From Nemertoderma westbladi (Eukaryota > Animalia > Xenacoelomorpha): DNA of 64,000 bases. Within the stretch, counting starts at the first letter, position 1; each line of letters begins with the position of its first letter. The notes beneath the pieces are model-generated. The model was given only the letters and a program-made list of their open reading frames with translations. It had not been told where the DNA came from and searched no databases. The position numbers and the translations under genes were made by a program. Shown here in pieces: positions 10,205 through 20,484 of this stretch. The stretch lies in assembly GCA_032718475.1 (NCBI GenBank), contig JAUCBJ010002983.1, positions 32,594 through 96,593 on the forward strand. The letters are read 5' to 3'.

Positions 10205-11410
10205 ATGTCTCAGAAAGACTCGACTGCTGCCGGGGGGAATGGACGTCGCACTAGTATCGGATCTAAAAAAGATCCGGTGAGCAAGAACTCGACGAAACGG
10301 CCGTCGGTGGCGGTTCTACCGGAAGAAATCGAAGTCAGCTGTTCGGGAACAACGTGTGACACTGCTGTGGTATGTATTACGAAAACCTCCATAGACTTCA
10401 ACAAAGTGCAGTTTTATTGTGGCCAGTGCTCCGCCAGACATATATCCCGACTAACGGACGGAATAACAGAGATGGAGTCTCGTCTACAAGCCGAGATCGA
10501 TAAAATCTCACAAGTAGCCAACGACGCGAAGCAATATAAAGACTGTATGGATCGGTTGCGGTCTTCGGTAAATACTTCTATTAAATCAATGCGCACAGAA
10601 TTCAACGACGAAATCGACGATATAAAGAGCGAAGCTCAAAAAACTGTAGACGAGATGGTAACTATTAAAGAAGTGTTATCGGATGAATCATCCACTGAAA
10701 TCCAGGAAGTCGACTCTTCGTGGGCCACCATAGTTCAGCGAAAGCGCAAAAACGTTGTTGACCCAGAGAAGAAGAATTCCTACGCCGGGGTAACCATCAG
10801 CAGGAGCATTCCTGTAGTAGCTATTACACGGGAGGTACAAAACGAAACCCGCTTACAAACTGAGAGAATGGACAACCTCGTAATATCAAGGATATTCTCT
10901 CCTGACGCGATTAGCGATAAAGATACTGTTGTCGATATCGCGGCCGAAGTAGGGGTGGATTTGTCTGAGGGTATCGTCAGTCTTAAACGAATAAAGGTAC
11001 CTGCAGCTGGTTCCGGTGATACCCGAAAGAAAATGATAGCGACTCTGAATCCTGATAAGCGCATACAACTACTAAAAGCAGCAAAAAAACTAAGGAACTC
11101 GGAACGGTTCAGGACAGTCTATATAAATCCCGATTACACTCGCGCCCAAGCCCACGAGCAGTACGTGCTTAGAATAACTCTAAAAAAGAAGCGCTCAGAG
11201 GAACCTAACAAACAATGGGTCATATATCGCAACAACATCATCGAACGGGCGGCCGTAGACTCCACCAACGCTGTCGCTAGACCAACTACTGGTAATATCT
11301 CACGAGCAAACTCACACGTAGTACCTACATCCCCATTTGAACTTGACGGAGTGCATACACGAGTTATTCGTCGCAGTGAACATCAACACAATTCGGAACG
11401 TGGAGATTGA
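10205..11410 (+). CDS. LINE ORF1 protein (Cys-rich N-terminus, coiled coil, CR1/L2-type C-terminal domain)
   Basis: C..C/FYCGQC PHD-like remnant, heptad-rich region, R.DNLVI and LL.AAKKLR....VYINPDYT motifs typical of CR1/L2 ORF1. Lies directly upstream of APE-RT. Confidence 0.8.
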   Translation: MSQKDSTAAGGNGRRTSIGSKKDPVSKNSTKRPSVAVLPEEIEVSCSGTTCDTAVVCITKTSIDFNKVQFYCGQCSARHISRLTDGITEMESRLQAEIDKISQVANDAKQYKDCMDRLRSSVNTSIKSMRTEFNDEIDDIKSEAQKTVDEMVTIKEVLSDESSTEIQEVDSSWATIVQRKRKNVVDPEKKNSYAGVTISRSIPVVAITREVQNETRLQTERMDNLVISRIFSPDAISDKDTVVDIAAEVGVDLSEGIVSLKRIKVPAAGSGDTRKKMIATLNPDKRIQLLKAAKKLRNSERFRTVYINPDYTRAQAHEQYVLRITLKKKRSEEPNKQWVIYRNNIIERAAVDSTNAVARPTTGNISRANSHVVPTSPFELDGVHTRVIRRSEHQHNSERGD

Positions 11411-14400
11411 CTGGATGTTTCAATAGTTAATGATAAGGACAGGGACTCCAATTTATTGGTTAATGTTAAATCTGTTAAGAAATCCGGAGCTACTTCAATT
11501 ATTCCCGTAAAGGAAAATATACCCAGTTCACAGTTTGCTAATGATAAAGATATTGAGTCCTGTTTAACTTTAAAGATGCCAATGTCCCCAAAGACAACTG
11601 TGCTTCAGGATAATGTGTTGTGTTTTACCGCTGTTAATGTTAACGGAAATAATCAGAGGTCTACGCCACCAAGGAAAACTATGTTTAATGATAACATGTC
11701 GTGTTTAACCATTAGGTCAATGTCCCCAAGATTAACTACGGTTAATGATAATGTGTCGTGTTTTACCGCTGTTGGTGTTAATGAAAATGATCAGGGGTCA
11801 ATGACCCTCCCGGGCCTCCCCCCTTCTGCGGTTACCAGTAAAATCAGTATATTACTGTATAATGCACAGTCTGTGAACAACAAAGCAGAATTTATTAAAG
11901 ACTACATTCTGGAGAATACCATTGATATAACTGCCATCACTGAGACTTGGTTGACAGGTACAATCCAGGATCATGTGGTCATAAATGATATCTGTCCTAG
12001 GGGTAGCTCTATAAAACACATTCCAAGAACCAGAACAAGAGGCGGTGGCGTGGCCTGTATCCATCGCGACTCCCTGAGCATGAAGGTCAGTCCTTCTGAT
12101 GGTTCAACATATCCAACCTTTGAGTACATGGAGCTGACCCTACGCCACTCGGGGTCCTTAATTAGGATATTCATTATATACCGGACCTGCCCAAGCCCAG
12201 CTAACGGTTTCACATATACACAATTTCTAGACCAATTTGCCGATTTGCTTCAGAATCTGATAACTTCCTCCGGTAGGCTAATTATAATTGGCGATTTCAA
12301 CTTCCATGTTGACAACAATTGCAATGCGGAAGCCTGCAAATTTCTCGAGATTGTTAGCTGCTTCGGACTCACACAGCATGTAGAGGAACCAACACATCGA
12401 CACAGACACACCCTTGATCTGATCTTAACCTACTCTGAGGACTTGCAACTCGTTGATAATATTTGTGTACATGACATTGGGCTTTCTGATCACTTCGCAG
12501 TCAGCTTTAATTTGAACTTGTCAAAGCCTCCACTAGTACCCTGTGTGACATCCTACAGAGATACGAAATCGACTAACTGGTGTGACCTTCGCACTGATAT
12601 TGAATCATCACTATTATGCCGATGTCCTGCAACGAATGTCAATGAGTTATCAAGGCAGTACAATGACATTCTATCGTCCCTCTACGAACTTCACGCACCA
12701 CTTGTTGAAAAGTGCACGAAATCTCAGCCCATGGCAAAGTGGTACAATAATTCAATAATGGAGGCTAAAAGGAAGCGAAGGAGACTCGAGCGCCGGTATA
12801 GAAAGACTCAACTTCAGATAGACTGTGATGCTTACAGGCAACAATGTAATGTCGTGGCACAGCTATTAATATCAACAAAAGAGAAATTATACAGGGGTAT
12901 TATTGATTCAAACATTGGTGATAATAGAAAGCTCTTCTCAGTGGTTGACAAAATTCTTCACCGTAAAAGTAATGTCCTACCGACTCATGACTCTGCATAT
13001 GAGTTAGCTGAAAGGTTTGCAGTCTACTTCGACAAAAAGATTGAAAATATTCGCGATGAAATGCTGGGTGTTGATATCGAACTTCGACAAAATCTGCCAA
13101 ATCAGACTATGAACTGCGGAAGTGCTGAATCTGAGGTTGGGGCCAAGGTAGCCCCTGATGAAGAGTATTGTAGCCCAACTGACTCTCAATTCTCTTTTTC
13201 AGTACCAAAACTTGATCACTTCGAGGAAATATCAACTGATGATGTCGCCAAGCTTATCAAAGATTCAAAACCCAAATCCAGTCCCCGTGATCCACTCCCT
13301 ACACATATTGTGAAGCAATACCTTACAACTCTCTTAAGTGTCATTACAATGATAATTAATTTATCACTCACAACTGCTACATTCCCATCATTATTTAAAG
13401 AAGCTGTGCTCAATCCCATTATCAAGAAGCTACGCCTTGACCCCGAGATACTGAAAAACTTTAGACCTGTTTCAAACCTCTTGTTCATTTCGAAGTTAGT
13501 TGAAAAAGCTGTTGCAAACCAACTGATGCTCCATCTGAACTTACATAATCTACACGAGCCTATGCAAAGTGCCTATAGACCATTCCATGGAACCGAAACT
13601 GCACTCCTTAGGGTCAGCGATGAGATTCTGAGGGGAATTGATGATGGTTGTGCAGTACTGTTAATAATGCTCGATCTCAGTGCTGCATTTGATACTGTCG
13701 AACACAGTATCTTATTAAATACTCTGGAACATGAGATCGGCATTGCAGGGACAGCACTAGATTGGTTTCGATCCTACTTGTTGGGCCGCTCACAACATGT
13801 ACGCATTAACAACTCATATTCTCAACCTCAGCAATTAAGATACGGCCTCCCACAAGGATCAGTACTTGGCCCAATACTATTTACTATTTATACACGTTCA
13901 CTCGCAAATGTGATAAGGAAATACGGACTGTCCCTACATCTCTACGCAGATGATACTCAAATATACATAACATTTAAGAAATCAAACCTGAATGATGCAG
14001 TGGATATCACTGAAAAGTGCCTTTCCGAAGTTCGAGCATGGATGGACTCACATCTTTTAAAGATGAACTCAGATAAGACTAAAGTGGTCATGCTGCAGTC
14101 GCAATTCGGTAAACAAGTTGAATCCCCGCACGTGATAATCGGTTCCGAGACTATTGGTTGTAGCGCAACTGCGCGTAATATCGGTGTTGAAATCGATTCT
14201 CATCTGACACTCCGCAAGCACATTGGAATTACTGTCAGAGAAGCATTCTATCACCTCAGGAATCTTGGAAAAATTAAGCGCTATTTATCCAAAGATAATC
14301 TTGAGATTTTGATTCATGCGCTTGTCACAAGTAAATTGGACAACTGCAACTCCCTTTATTACGGTCTTCCGACTGATTCCATTAAAAAGCTACAATATGT

Positions 14401-14791
14401 GCAGAACTGTGCGGCGCGTCTTTTAGTTGGTCTCAAGAAAAGTGACAGGCAACGAATGACCCCTGTACTAATGCGACTACATTGGCTTCCAGTGCAACGT
14501 CGGATAGACTATAAAATTGCTATGATTACCTACAAGTGTCTGAATGGAACAGCACCAGTATATCTGCGAGATCTACTGTCACCCTACACGCCCTCCCGGT
14601 CACTGAAGTCATCCCACTAGGAACTGCTGGTGATCCCTAGATTCAACATGGTGCACTACGGCAAGCGCGCTTTCTCAGTTGCTGCCCCGACTATTTGGAA
14701 CAAACTGCCAATCAACGTTCGACAATCACCAACCATCGCGGTTTTTAAGTCGAGGCTAAAAACACACTACTTCCACCTGGAGTACGAGTAA
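11411..14791 (+). pseudogene. LINE ORF2 (AP endonuclease + reverse transcriptase) with one premature TAG at 14618-14620
   Basis: APE motifs NAQS, ITETWL, GDFN, SDH; RT motifs LDLSAAFDTV, GLPQGSVLGP, YADDTQ; L2-type LHWLPV..RIDYKI. After the TAG the same frame continues ELLVIPR...GKRAFSVAAPTIWNKLP...FKSRLKTHYF to TAA at 14789-14791. First ATG at 11576. Confidence 0.92.
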
Positions 14792-15094
14792 ATCTGCATA
14801 ATCATGTTCACACGATGTTATCAATGTCCGTTTTTAATTAAACTGTTTTTATCTAATTTTTTAGCAATCCTACATTTTAACAGTGCCATGCGCCTTGCTC
14901 TTAATTTAGGAAAGGCGCTATATAAATATTTTAATTATTATTATTATTATTATTATCTATATATGTGGCCCTACTTCCTTTAATTGAATTAAACATAAAT
15001 CCCTTATTACTTTATAAAGACGATTCTATTATCTATCAGCTGATTATTAATTAGGTTCCGTCTGCGTTTAATTCTTCAGATAAAATAGTATTAG

Positions 15095-15320
15095 TAGGGT
15101 ATTCGAGAAAAAATAGATATAACTTTCTAGTCGCTCGTTTCGTTTCGGGAATTTAGATTTTCTTATGCCTTTCGTGTATTGAGTTTTCACTCAATGACGT
15201 GTTTTAAGTAAATAGAAAGTAGAAACTCAGTACACTTGGACAGGACAGAATATCTGAATTTCAGTCAATCGAAATTTGTGACGAAAGTCGAACTTTCCGA
15301 TATTTTTTCTTTATCGAAGA
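15095..15320. repeat. Imperfect foldback palindrome (MITE-like remnant)
   Basis: Nested inverted arms: GTGTATTGAGTTTTCACT (15174-91) vs AGTAGAAACTCAGTACAC (15218-35), and GGAATTTAGATTTTCT (~15148-63) vs AGAATATCTGAATTTC (~15248-63). Confidence 0.5.
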
Positions 15321-15896
15321 CATTTTTTCATCTGGCATCACATTTATGAAACCAGCAATATTGCTCCCCTGGTTTATGAAATATTGAATGTTGGGGGCCA
15401 ATTATGAAAAATTTGCATTTTTAACAGCGATTTTGAATAGGAAAAAATAATAAACTAATTGTACGAGGAGTTGAATGAAATCGTTCCGCGCAGAATGAGA
15501 ATCAACTAAATACGTTGAAATGGTATGAAAAGTTGAGAATCTTATTTTAATTAATTTAATTTAGTCCGCGTTGCTTATAACTGAAGATTCAAAATTTGAA
15601 CTTTCGTATAATTGTAAAAATCCACGATACGTAATCACATCATTTATCACTGAAATACGACTTTTGGGCGATGAAATCTCGTTACATTTTGTTCGTATGG
15701 GTTGCAGAGTAATATTTAATTTATTTCATTTATCTTTAATTAATCATAATTTTTAATCTTAGTTTGCTATCATATTTTTATTAACTTCTTATACATTAAC
15801 ATTTAGCTGATCGGTTTCTCTTTGCAATAGTTTTGTATATGATTACGATCTGCAAACAGACAAATATTAGTCTGAGTCCGTCAACTTTACGCGCCG

Positions 15897-16841
15897 ATGG
15901 CGTCAATGCGACTGCTGACTGTGGTTATTGGAGGGGGGACGGGTTTCATTGGTTCCGCCCTGACCAAAGCGTTAAGAAAACAGGGCCATCGGGTGATAGT
16001 GGTGTCCCGTAGAAATGGGAACAAAGTTCAATTGGACAGGATGTCCTGGACCGAGGTCCAATGCAACGGACTACCTCCTTGCGACGCGGTTATCGGACTA
16101 CAAGGCGCCAACGTTATGTCATCCAGATGGAAGACGGTAGTAGACAGTCGCATTCCGACCACTAAGCTACTGGCCTCCGCCATATCGAGATTACATACGC
16201 CCCCTAGTGTGTGGATTTCGGCGTCTGCTATAGGATTCTACCCGCCGAGTTTAACCGCTGTTTACGATGAGGAATCCTCCGGGGGTCATGGCAACCCTTT
16301 CGCCGAGTTGTGCGCCGCGTGGGAGGCGGCTGCTAGGCTACCAGAAAGGGTCGACATCCGCGAACTGACTGCCGAGGATACGAGCATCACCCTGCAGAAA
16401 CCGCGGACGAGACAGGTAATTCTCCGTATCGGTATGGTCCTGGGTCGGGATGGGGGTCTGCTCCGCTCCATGGGGGTCCCCTTCCGTCTGGGTCTGGGCG
16501 GGCGGATCGGATCCGGATGTCAGTACTTCTCCTGGATCCATCTCGGGGATCTCGTCGATTTGATGGTCTTCGCGTTGGAGCGGGATTCCGTGGACGGGGT
16601 TCTGAACGCGGTGGCCCCGGGCGTTGCGACCAACGCCGAGCTAACGCGCGCGTTAGCAGCGGCGGTACGACGACCGGCGTTCGTACCGGTACCGGAGTTC
16701 GTTGTGCGACTAGTGTTGGGTCCAACACGCGCCGCCGCTGTGCTACAGGGACAGAATGTTGCTCCTAAACGCGTCAGCGCCTTGGGTTACGAGTTTACTT
16801 ACGGGACTATAGGTAGAGCCCTTAAGGATTTGTATTTGTGA
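15897..16841 (+). CDS. SDR39U1: Epimerase-family protein SDR39U1 (TIGR01777 family), single coding exon, 314 aa
   Basis: Rossmann GGGTGFIG; SRI.TT..L; SASAIGFYPPS.TA.YDE; WE.AA; RIGMVLGRDGG; PFRLGLGGRIGSG.QYFSWIH; GVLNAVAP; GQNVAPKR...GYEF.Y. GCCGATGG start context. Confidence 0.93.
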   Translation: MASMRLLTVVIGGGTGFIGSALTKALRKQGHRVIVVSRRNGNKVQLDRMSWTEVQCNGLPPCDAVIGLQGANVMSSRWKTVVDSRIPTTKLLASAISRLHTPPSVWISASAIGFYPPSLTAVYDEESSGGHGNPFAELCAAWEAAARLPERVDIRELTAEDTSITLQKPRTRQVILRIGMVLGRDGGLLRSMGVPFRLGLGGRIGSGCQYFSWIHLGDLVDLMVFALERDSVDGVLNAVAPGVATNAELTRALAAAVRRPAFVPVPEFVVRLVLGPTRAAAVLQGQNVAPKRVSALGYEFTYGTIGRALKDLYL

Positions 16842-16844
16842 GAC

Positions 16845-16850
16845 AATAAA
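16845..16850 (+). terminator. Polyadenylation signal of SDR39U1
   Basis: AATAAA 4 nt after the stop codon, followed by T/GT-rich sequence. Confidence 0.55.
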
Positions 16851-16951
16851 ATATTATTGTATTGCGTCACTTAAATTTCATTGAGTTTTTGAGATCTGGG
16901 CGAGCCATGTAGTGAGTAAAGCCCTATTGGCGTTTATGTTAATTCGTTCAT

Positions 16952-19900
16952 TATGTGGCGATTCCTTTGATTAGTGGATCTCCAGACGTTAGACTTGAAG
17001 GCTGGCCCCAATATATACCCTTGACCTGAGAAGTTATTATCCCTTTCCGTTCGAAAATTGCGGTAGAGTTCTAATGCGGCTGGGTTGATAATATTGGGAT
17101 ACTGCTCACATATATCTTCGGTGAGGGTTTTGCAGTTGGTAAGGTTGTGAGCCAGGGTAGACGATGCGTTTGTCGGAAGTGATAATAGGCGTTTTAGAAA
17201 GGTAGATTTAATTTTATCCAGTTCTTTAAGATTTGAGACTGTCAAATGTGGAGCTATTTCCGGGAAAGCGTAAGTTACGGCGGGGTATATTTTCATTTTG
17301 AAGATTTTTACACCAGTTTTGATAGAGACGAGGTTCAGATTTCTCAAGCAGCCTATTAGAGTGTAGGACCGTTGTTTTTTATTCTCAATGTGTTGGGTAA
17401 AGCACAATGTAGGTTGTAGAGTGACCCCTAGGTAGGTGTACCGGTTAGTTACCTATTTCTATTGGGAGGCCCCCGTATTTGAACACATCACTTAGCCAGT
17501 CTTCCACCACGCCGAAATTTGATAACTTTTGTTTTATCTAAATTTACATGCATTTTATTTAGTTTACACCACTCATATAGTTGATCTAGCCCAGCTTGGA
17601 TAGCTTCTTTTTCTGTAGAATAGAGAACAAGATCATCTGCGAAAAATATAAATAGTAGTGCCGATCCTATACGTCGGAGTAAAGTCGAGAGATCCGCAAT
17701 AAACATGATGAAACCAGTTGGTGAAAAACAGTCACCTTGTAGTATTCCACGTAATTGGACTATTGGTGAAGAGTATTTAATACCATCATAGATTTTAACA
17801 GAGTTATTAAAGATTGCCCGAATAAGTTGAAATAACTTCCCTTTTATTCCAAATTGTGTGTACATCTTATACAGCAATATATTTCTATCGACCAAGTCGA
17901 ACGCCTTACTGAAGTCAACAAAGACGGCATATACCGGTTTGGAGTTAGTATTATGCACAGTGACATTTACTATTTACAAACTCTATGAATTTCTTAAGTG
18001 CCTGCCTCGTCGACCGCCCGGTAATGAACCCATATTGCTCTGTGGGTAACATAGTCTTTATCTTGGATATAACACGTGCATTTATCATTGATGTAAATAT
18101 CTTCAAAAGTACACATATCATGGCCACCCCCTATAGTTTCCGGGGTCACTGTAGCTACCCTTGCCTTTATATAATATTTTTATAATGCTGGTCTTCCAAA
18201 TCTGGGGAATGTAACTCACATTCAGACATGTGTTGAACAATAACACTAGGATGGTGATCATGTAAGGTATCACTTGCTTGAAATGTTCATAGAACAGACC
18301 ATCTGTGCCGCAAGCTTTCCCATTTGCTGTTCTGTTGATGGCGTTGTTCACCTCTGTTTCACCGAACGGCTGATTATACCAATCGTCCGATTCGTTTTCA
18401 CCTGGTACCGGTGTGAAAAATGGTTGATTTGGTGGTGATTCTGGTGATGTTTCGTTTTGGCCGATAAGAGTTTCAAAATGCTGTTCTAGAATTTTCAGAT
18501 CTATTGGAGCTACAGTTGCGACCCTTGCATCTTTCCACAATGACCAAGGGGTTATCTCGGATTGGCGGAGTCTGTTTAGTAGAAGCTCTTCTTTATGTGC
18601 TAACATTTTAACTTTGATAAGACGCTTATATTCTTTCCGAAGAGACCAATAACCTGTAACATTATTGGAGTAGACACGCTGTTCATGCAGGATTGACATG
18701 AGTTCACGTTTCTTCGACTTGCACTCGTCATCGTACCAGGGTTGATGATGAGAGCGGGATTTATGGTGCTTCTGTGAAGCTGCTGAGATTGTGTTGTTGA
18801 TATTATCAACCGCTGTATCTATTTCACCTTCGAGCAGATAGGAAATGATATCATTTTTTCGGAGTTCTTCTTCTAGGATATTAGTGTTTAACTTTCGTGA
18901 TAGTTGAGGAGCTGGTTTATCAATATACTCGTTGTTAAAGGCTATAACAATATGTAAATCAACCCGTTGGTGTTTACGAATTGGGTGTAATCTAATAGTT
19001 ACAGACGACGCACGCACCTCAATGTCTGAGGGGACGCGTGTGTAATAGAGATCGATGGTGCTCGTTCCTTGTGGAGAATAGTAAGTACACTCTGAAGATT
19101 TGTTTTGCACCGTAAATCCCAGGATTTGCAGGTTGGTCCTGAGGTCAGTTCCGCGGGTTCCAGTTGCTCTGTCGTCGATTCGACAATTAAAATCACCTCC
19201 AAGTATAATCGGTACTTCAGGATTAGTGAAGGTAAGCGCCTCGCTGATAGAAAGCAGAATATCCTCTATACTTGTCTCAGGGTTAAAGTAAAAAGCTAGT
19301 ATGTATGCAGCATTCGTTCTAAGAACTAAGTAATTGTCAGTTACGGCGATTTCTTTTGGAGAGAGTTCAGGTTTAGCAAGGATTACTAGTCCGCCCTGAG
19401 GTCGGCCCCTTCCTGAATTCCGAGCAGATTGCACGTAAGAGTAAAATCCAGGGAATGAAAACTCTTTTTTGCAATAAAATATCTCAGTTAACAAAAGTAG
19501 GTCTGCCTCCCCAACTACTTCCCGATTACTTAGTGTTTCATGAACATAATTCAACCCTTCTACATTCCAAAGCGCGAGTTTTAGTGATCGCATCGGTGTT
19601 TGTTCGGAGTCTGAGGTACATTGCACATCGGAAACTTCGGTAAGGGGGGATGAACCCGTAGCTTCTACATTCCATAAGCCGATAGGGAGTTGCCGTCAAT
19701 CATTTTGCTCGACTGCGGCAGATTGTTGAACATTGCGTGAGGGTCGACTTCTGTAGCCAAATTGGGCGCGTTCCAGATTGCTGAGATGGTAGTTCTTTAT
19801 TAGTATCCCATCATCCCATATCTCAGGATTCATTAAAGCGGTGCGGTCACAAGAACAACCGCGCATGGTTTCCACCATATAATTTGCTCCACAACAACCC

Positions 19901-20211
19901 CGTTTCATGAAAGAATGCAAACTTGCACGTGCAAATATTGCGGTAACAGCGCCGAGGACCTTTACCATGTTCTAGAATGCTCGAGCTCACCTGAACTTTC
20001 ATCTCTAGCGGCACAATAATAGTCTACAATAAAGATAAAGGCCTTAAGAATTGTAAATATAATAAGTCAATAATTTTTTAACAGATTTTTATATGAATGT
20101 ATAATATAAATTGTTTTATTTTATTGAGTATCTTAATGTAAATATTTGAATGAATCGAAATAAAGGTCTCCATTTGCCCCGCGTGGGGGCGCAGTTTAAA
20201 AAAAAAAAAAA
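16952..20211. mobile_element. Poly(A)-tailed LINE with 5' inversion: 16952-~19845 is minus strand (ORF1 end, APE, RT); ~19846-20211 is plus strand (C-terminal Cys/His domain, 3'UTR, poly-A)
   Basis: 16-bp TSD ATGTTAATTCGTTCAT at 16936-16951 and 20212-20227. Minus-strand ORFs carry WNVEG, GDFN, NYRG, VDFSKAFD, GILQGD and FADD, with frameshifts. The plus strand from 19846 reads VTRTTAHGFHHIIC...CTCKYCGNSAEDLYHVLEC, then AATAAA and an A-run. Clade uncertain (RTEX/Proto2-like is a guess). Confidence 0.92.
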
Positions 20212-20342
20212 ATGTTAATTCGTTCATGTGCGTCTTTGCAGGACATTATTCAGAGTCATGTCTGTCGGTAGGCATTGAATTCTACTTATTCTAAATGCTA
20301 CTGTCTGCTTACTGTTAAATCCGTGATAGTCATGAAAATACT

Positions 20343-20390
20343 CCAATAACGGTATTAGCGCTGGGCGGGATCAGTTCAATATGGCGCTGC
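20343..20390 (+). promoter_or_regulatory. Core-promoter-like cluster (CCAAT, GC box, Inr, YY1/TISU-like motif)
   Basis: CCAAT (20343), GGGCGG (20363), TCAGTT (20371) and CAATATGGCG (20377-86) within 45 bp. No downstream gene identified. Confidence 0.3.
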
Positions 20391-20484
20391 TACTCGTTTG
20401 TAAAAGTGTTTATTTTAATATTAAGTGAATTTGAATAATGTTATTCTACAATTATATTTATTTGCATCTGGCACTAAACAGAGA

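Larger units (their letters stand above)
9950..14956 (+). mobile_element. Near full-length L2/CR1-group LINE (ORF1 + APE-RT ORF2)
   Basis: Two long ORFs, a 3' stem-loop GCGCCTT(14890-96)..AAGGCGC(14912-18) followed by TATATAAAT, and a (TTA)n tail to ~14956. The 5' boundary is approximate; no TSD recognised. Confidence 0.9.

Noticed and set aside
11456-14620. RT ORFs as retron, DGR, group II intron or telomerase
   Set aside because: All are APE-RT non-LTR retrotransposon proteins with typical tails or TSDs; no accessory features of those other systems are present.
15897-16841. Bacterial contamination or recent horizontal transfer of TIGR01777
   Set aside because: Animal-like motifs, a Kozak-type start, an AATAAA signal and eukaryotic TE flanks argue against it. 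Only a phylogeny would exclude it formally.
19696-19968. 90-aa minus-strand ORF as a gene or intact ORF1
   Set aside because: It is chimeric across the inversion junction: only the part below ~19845 is true ORF1 C-terminus, and the rest is antisense of the ORF2 Cys/His domain.
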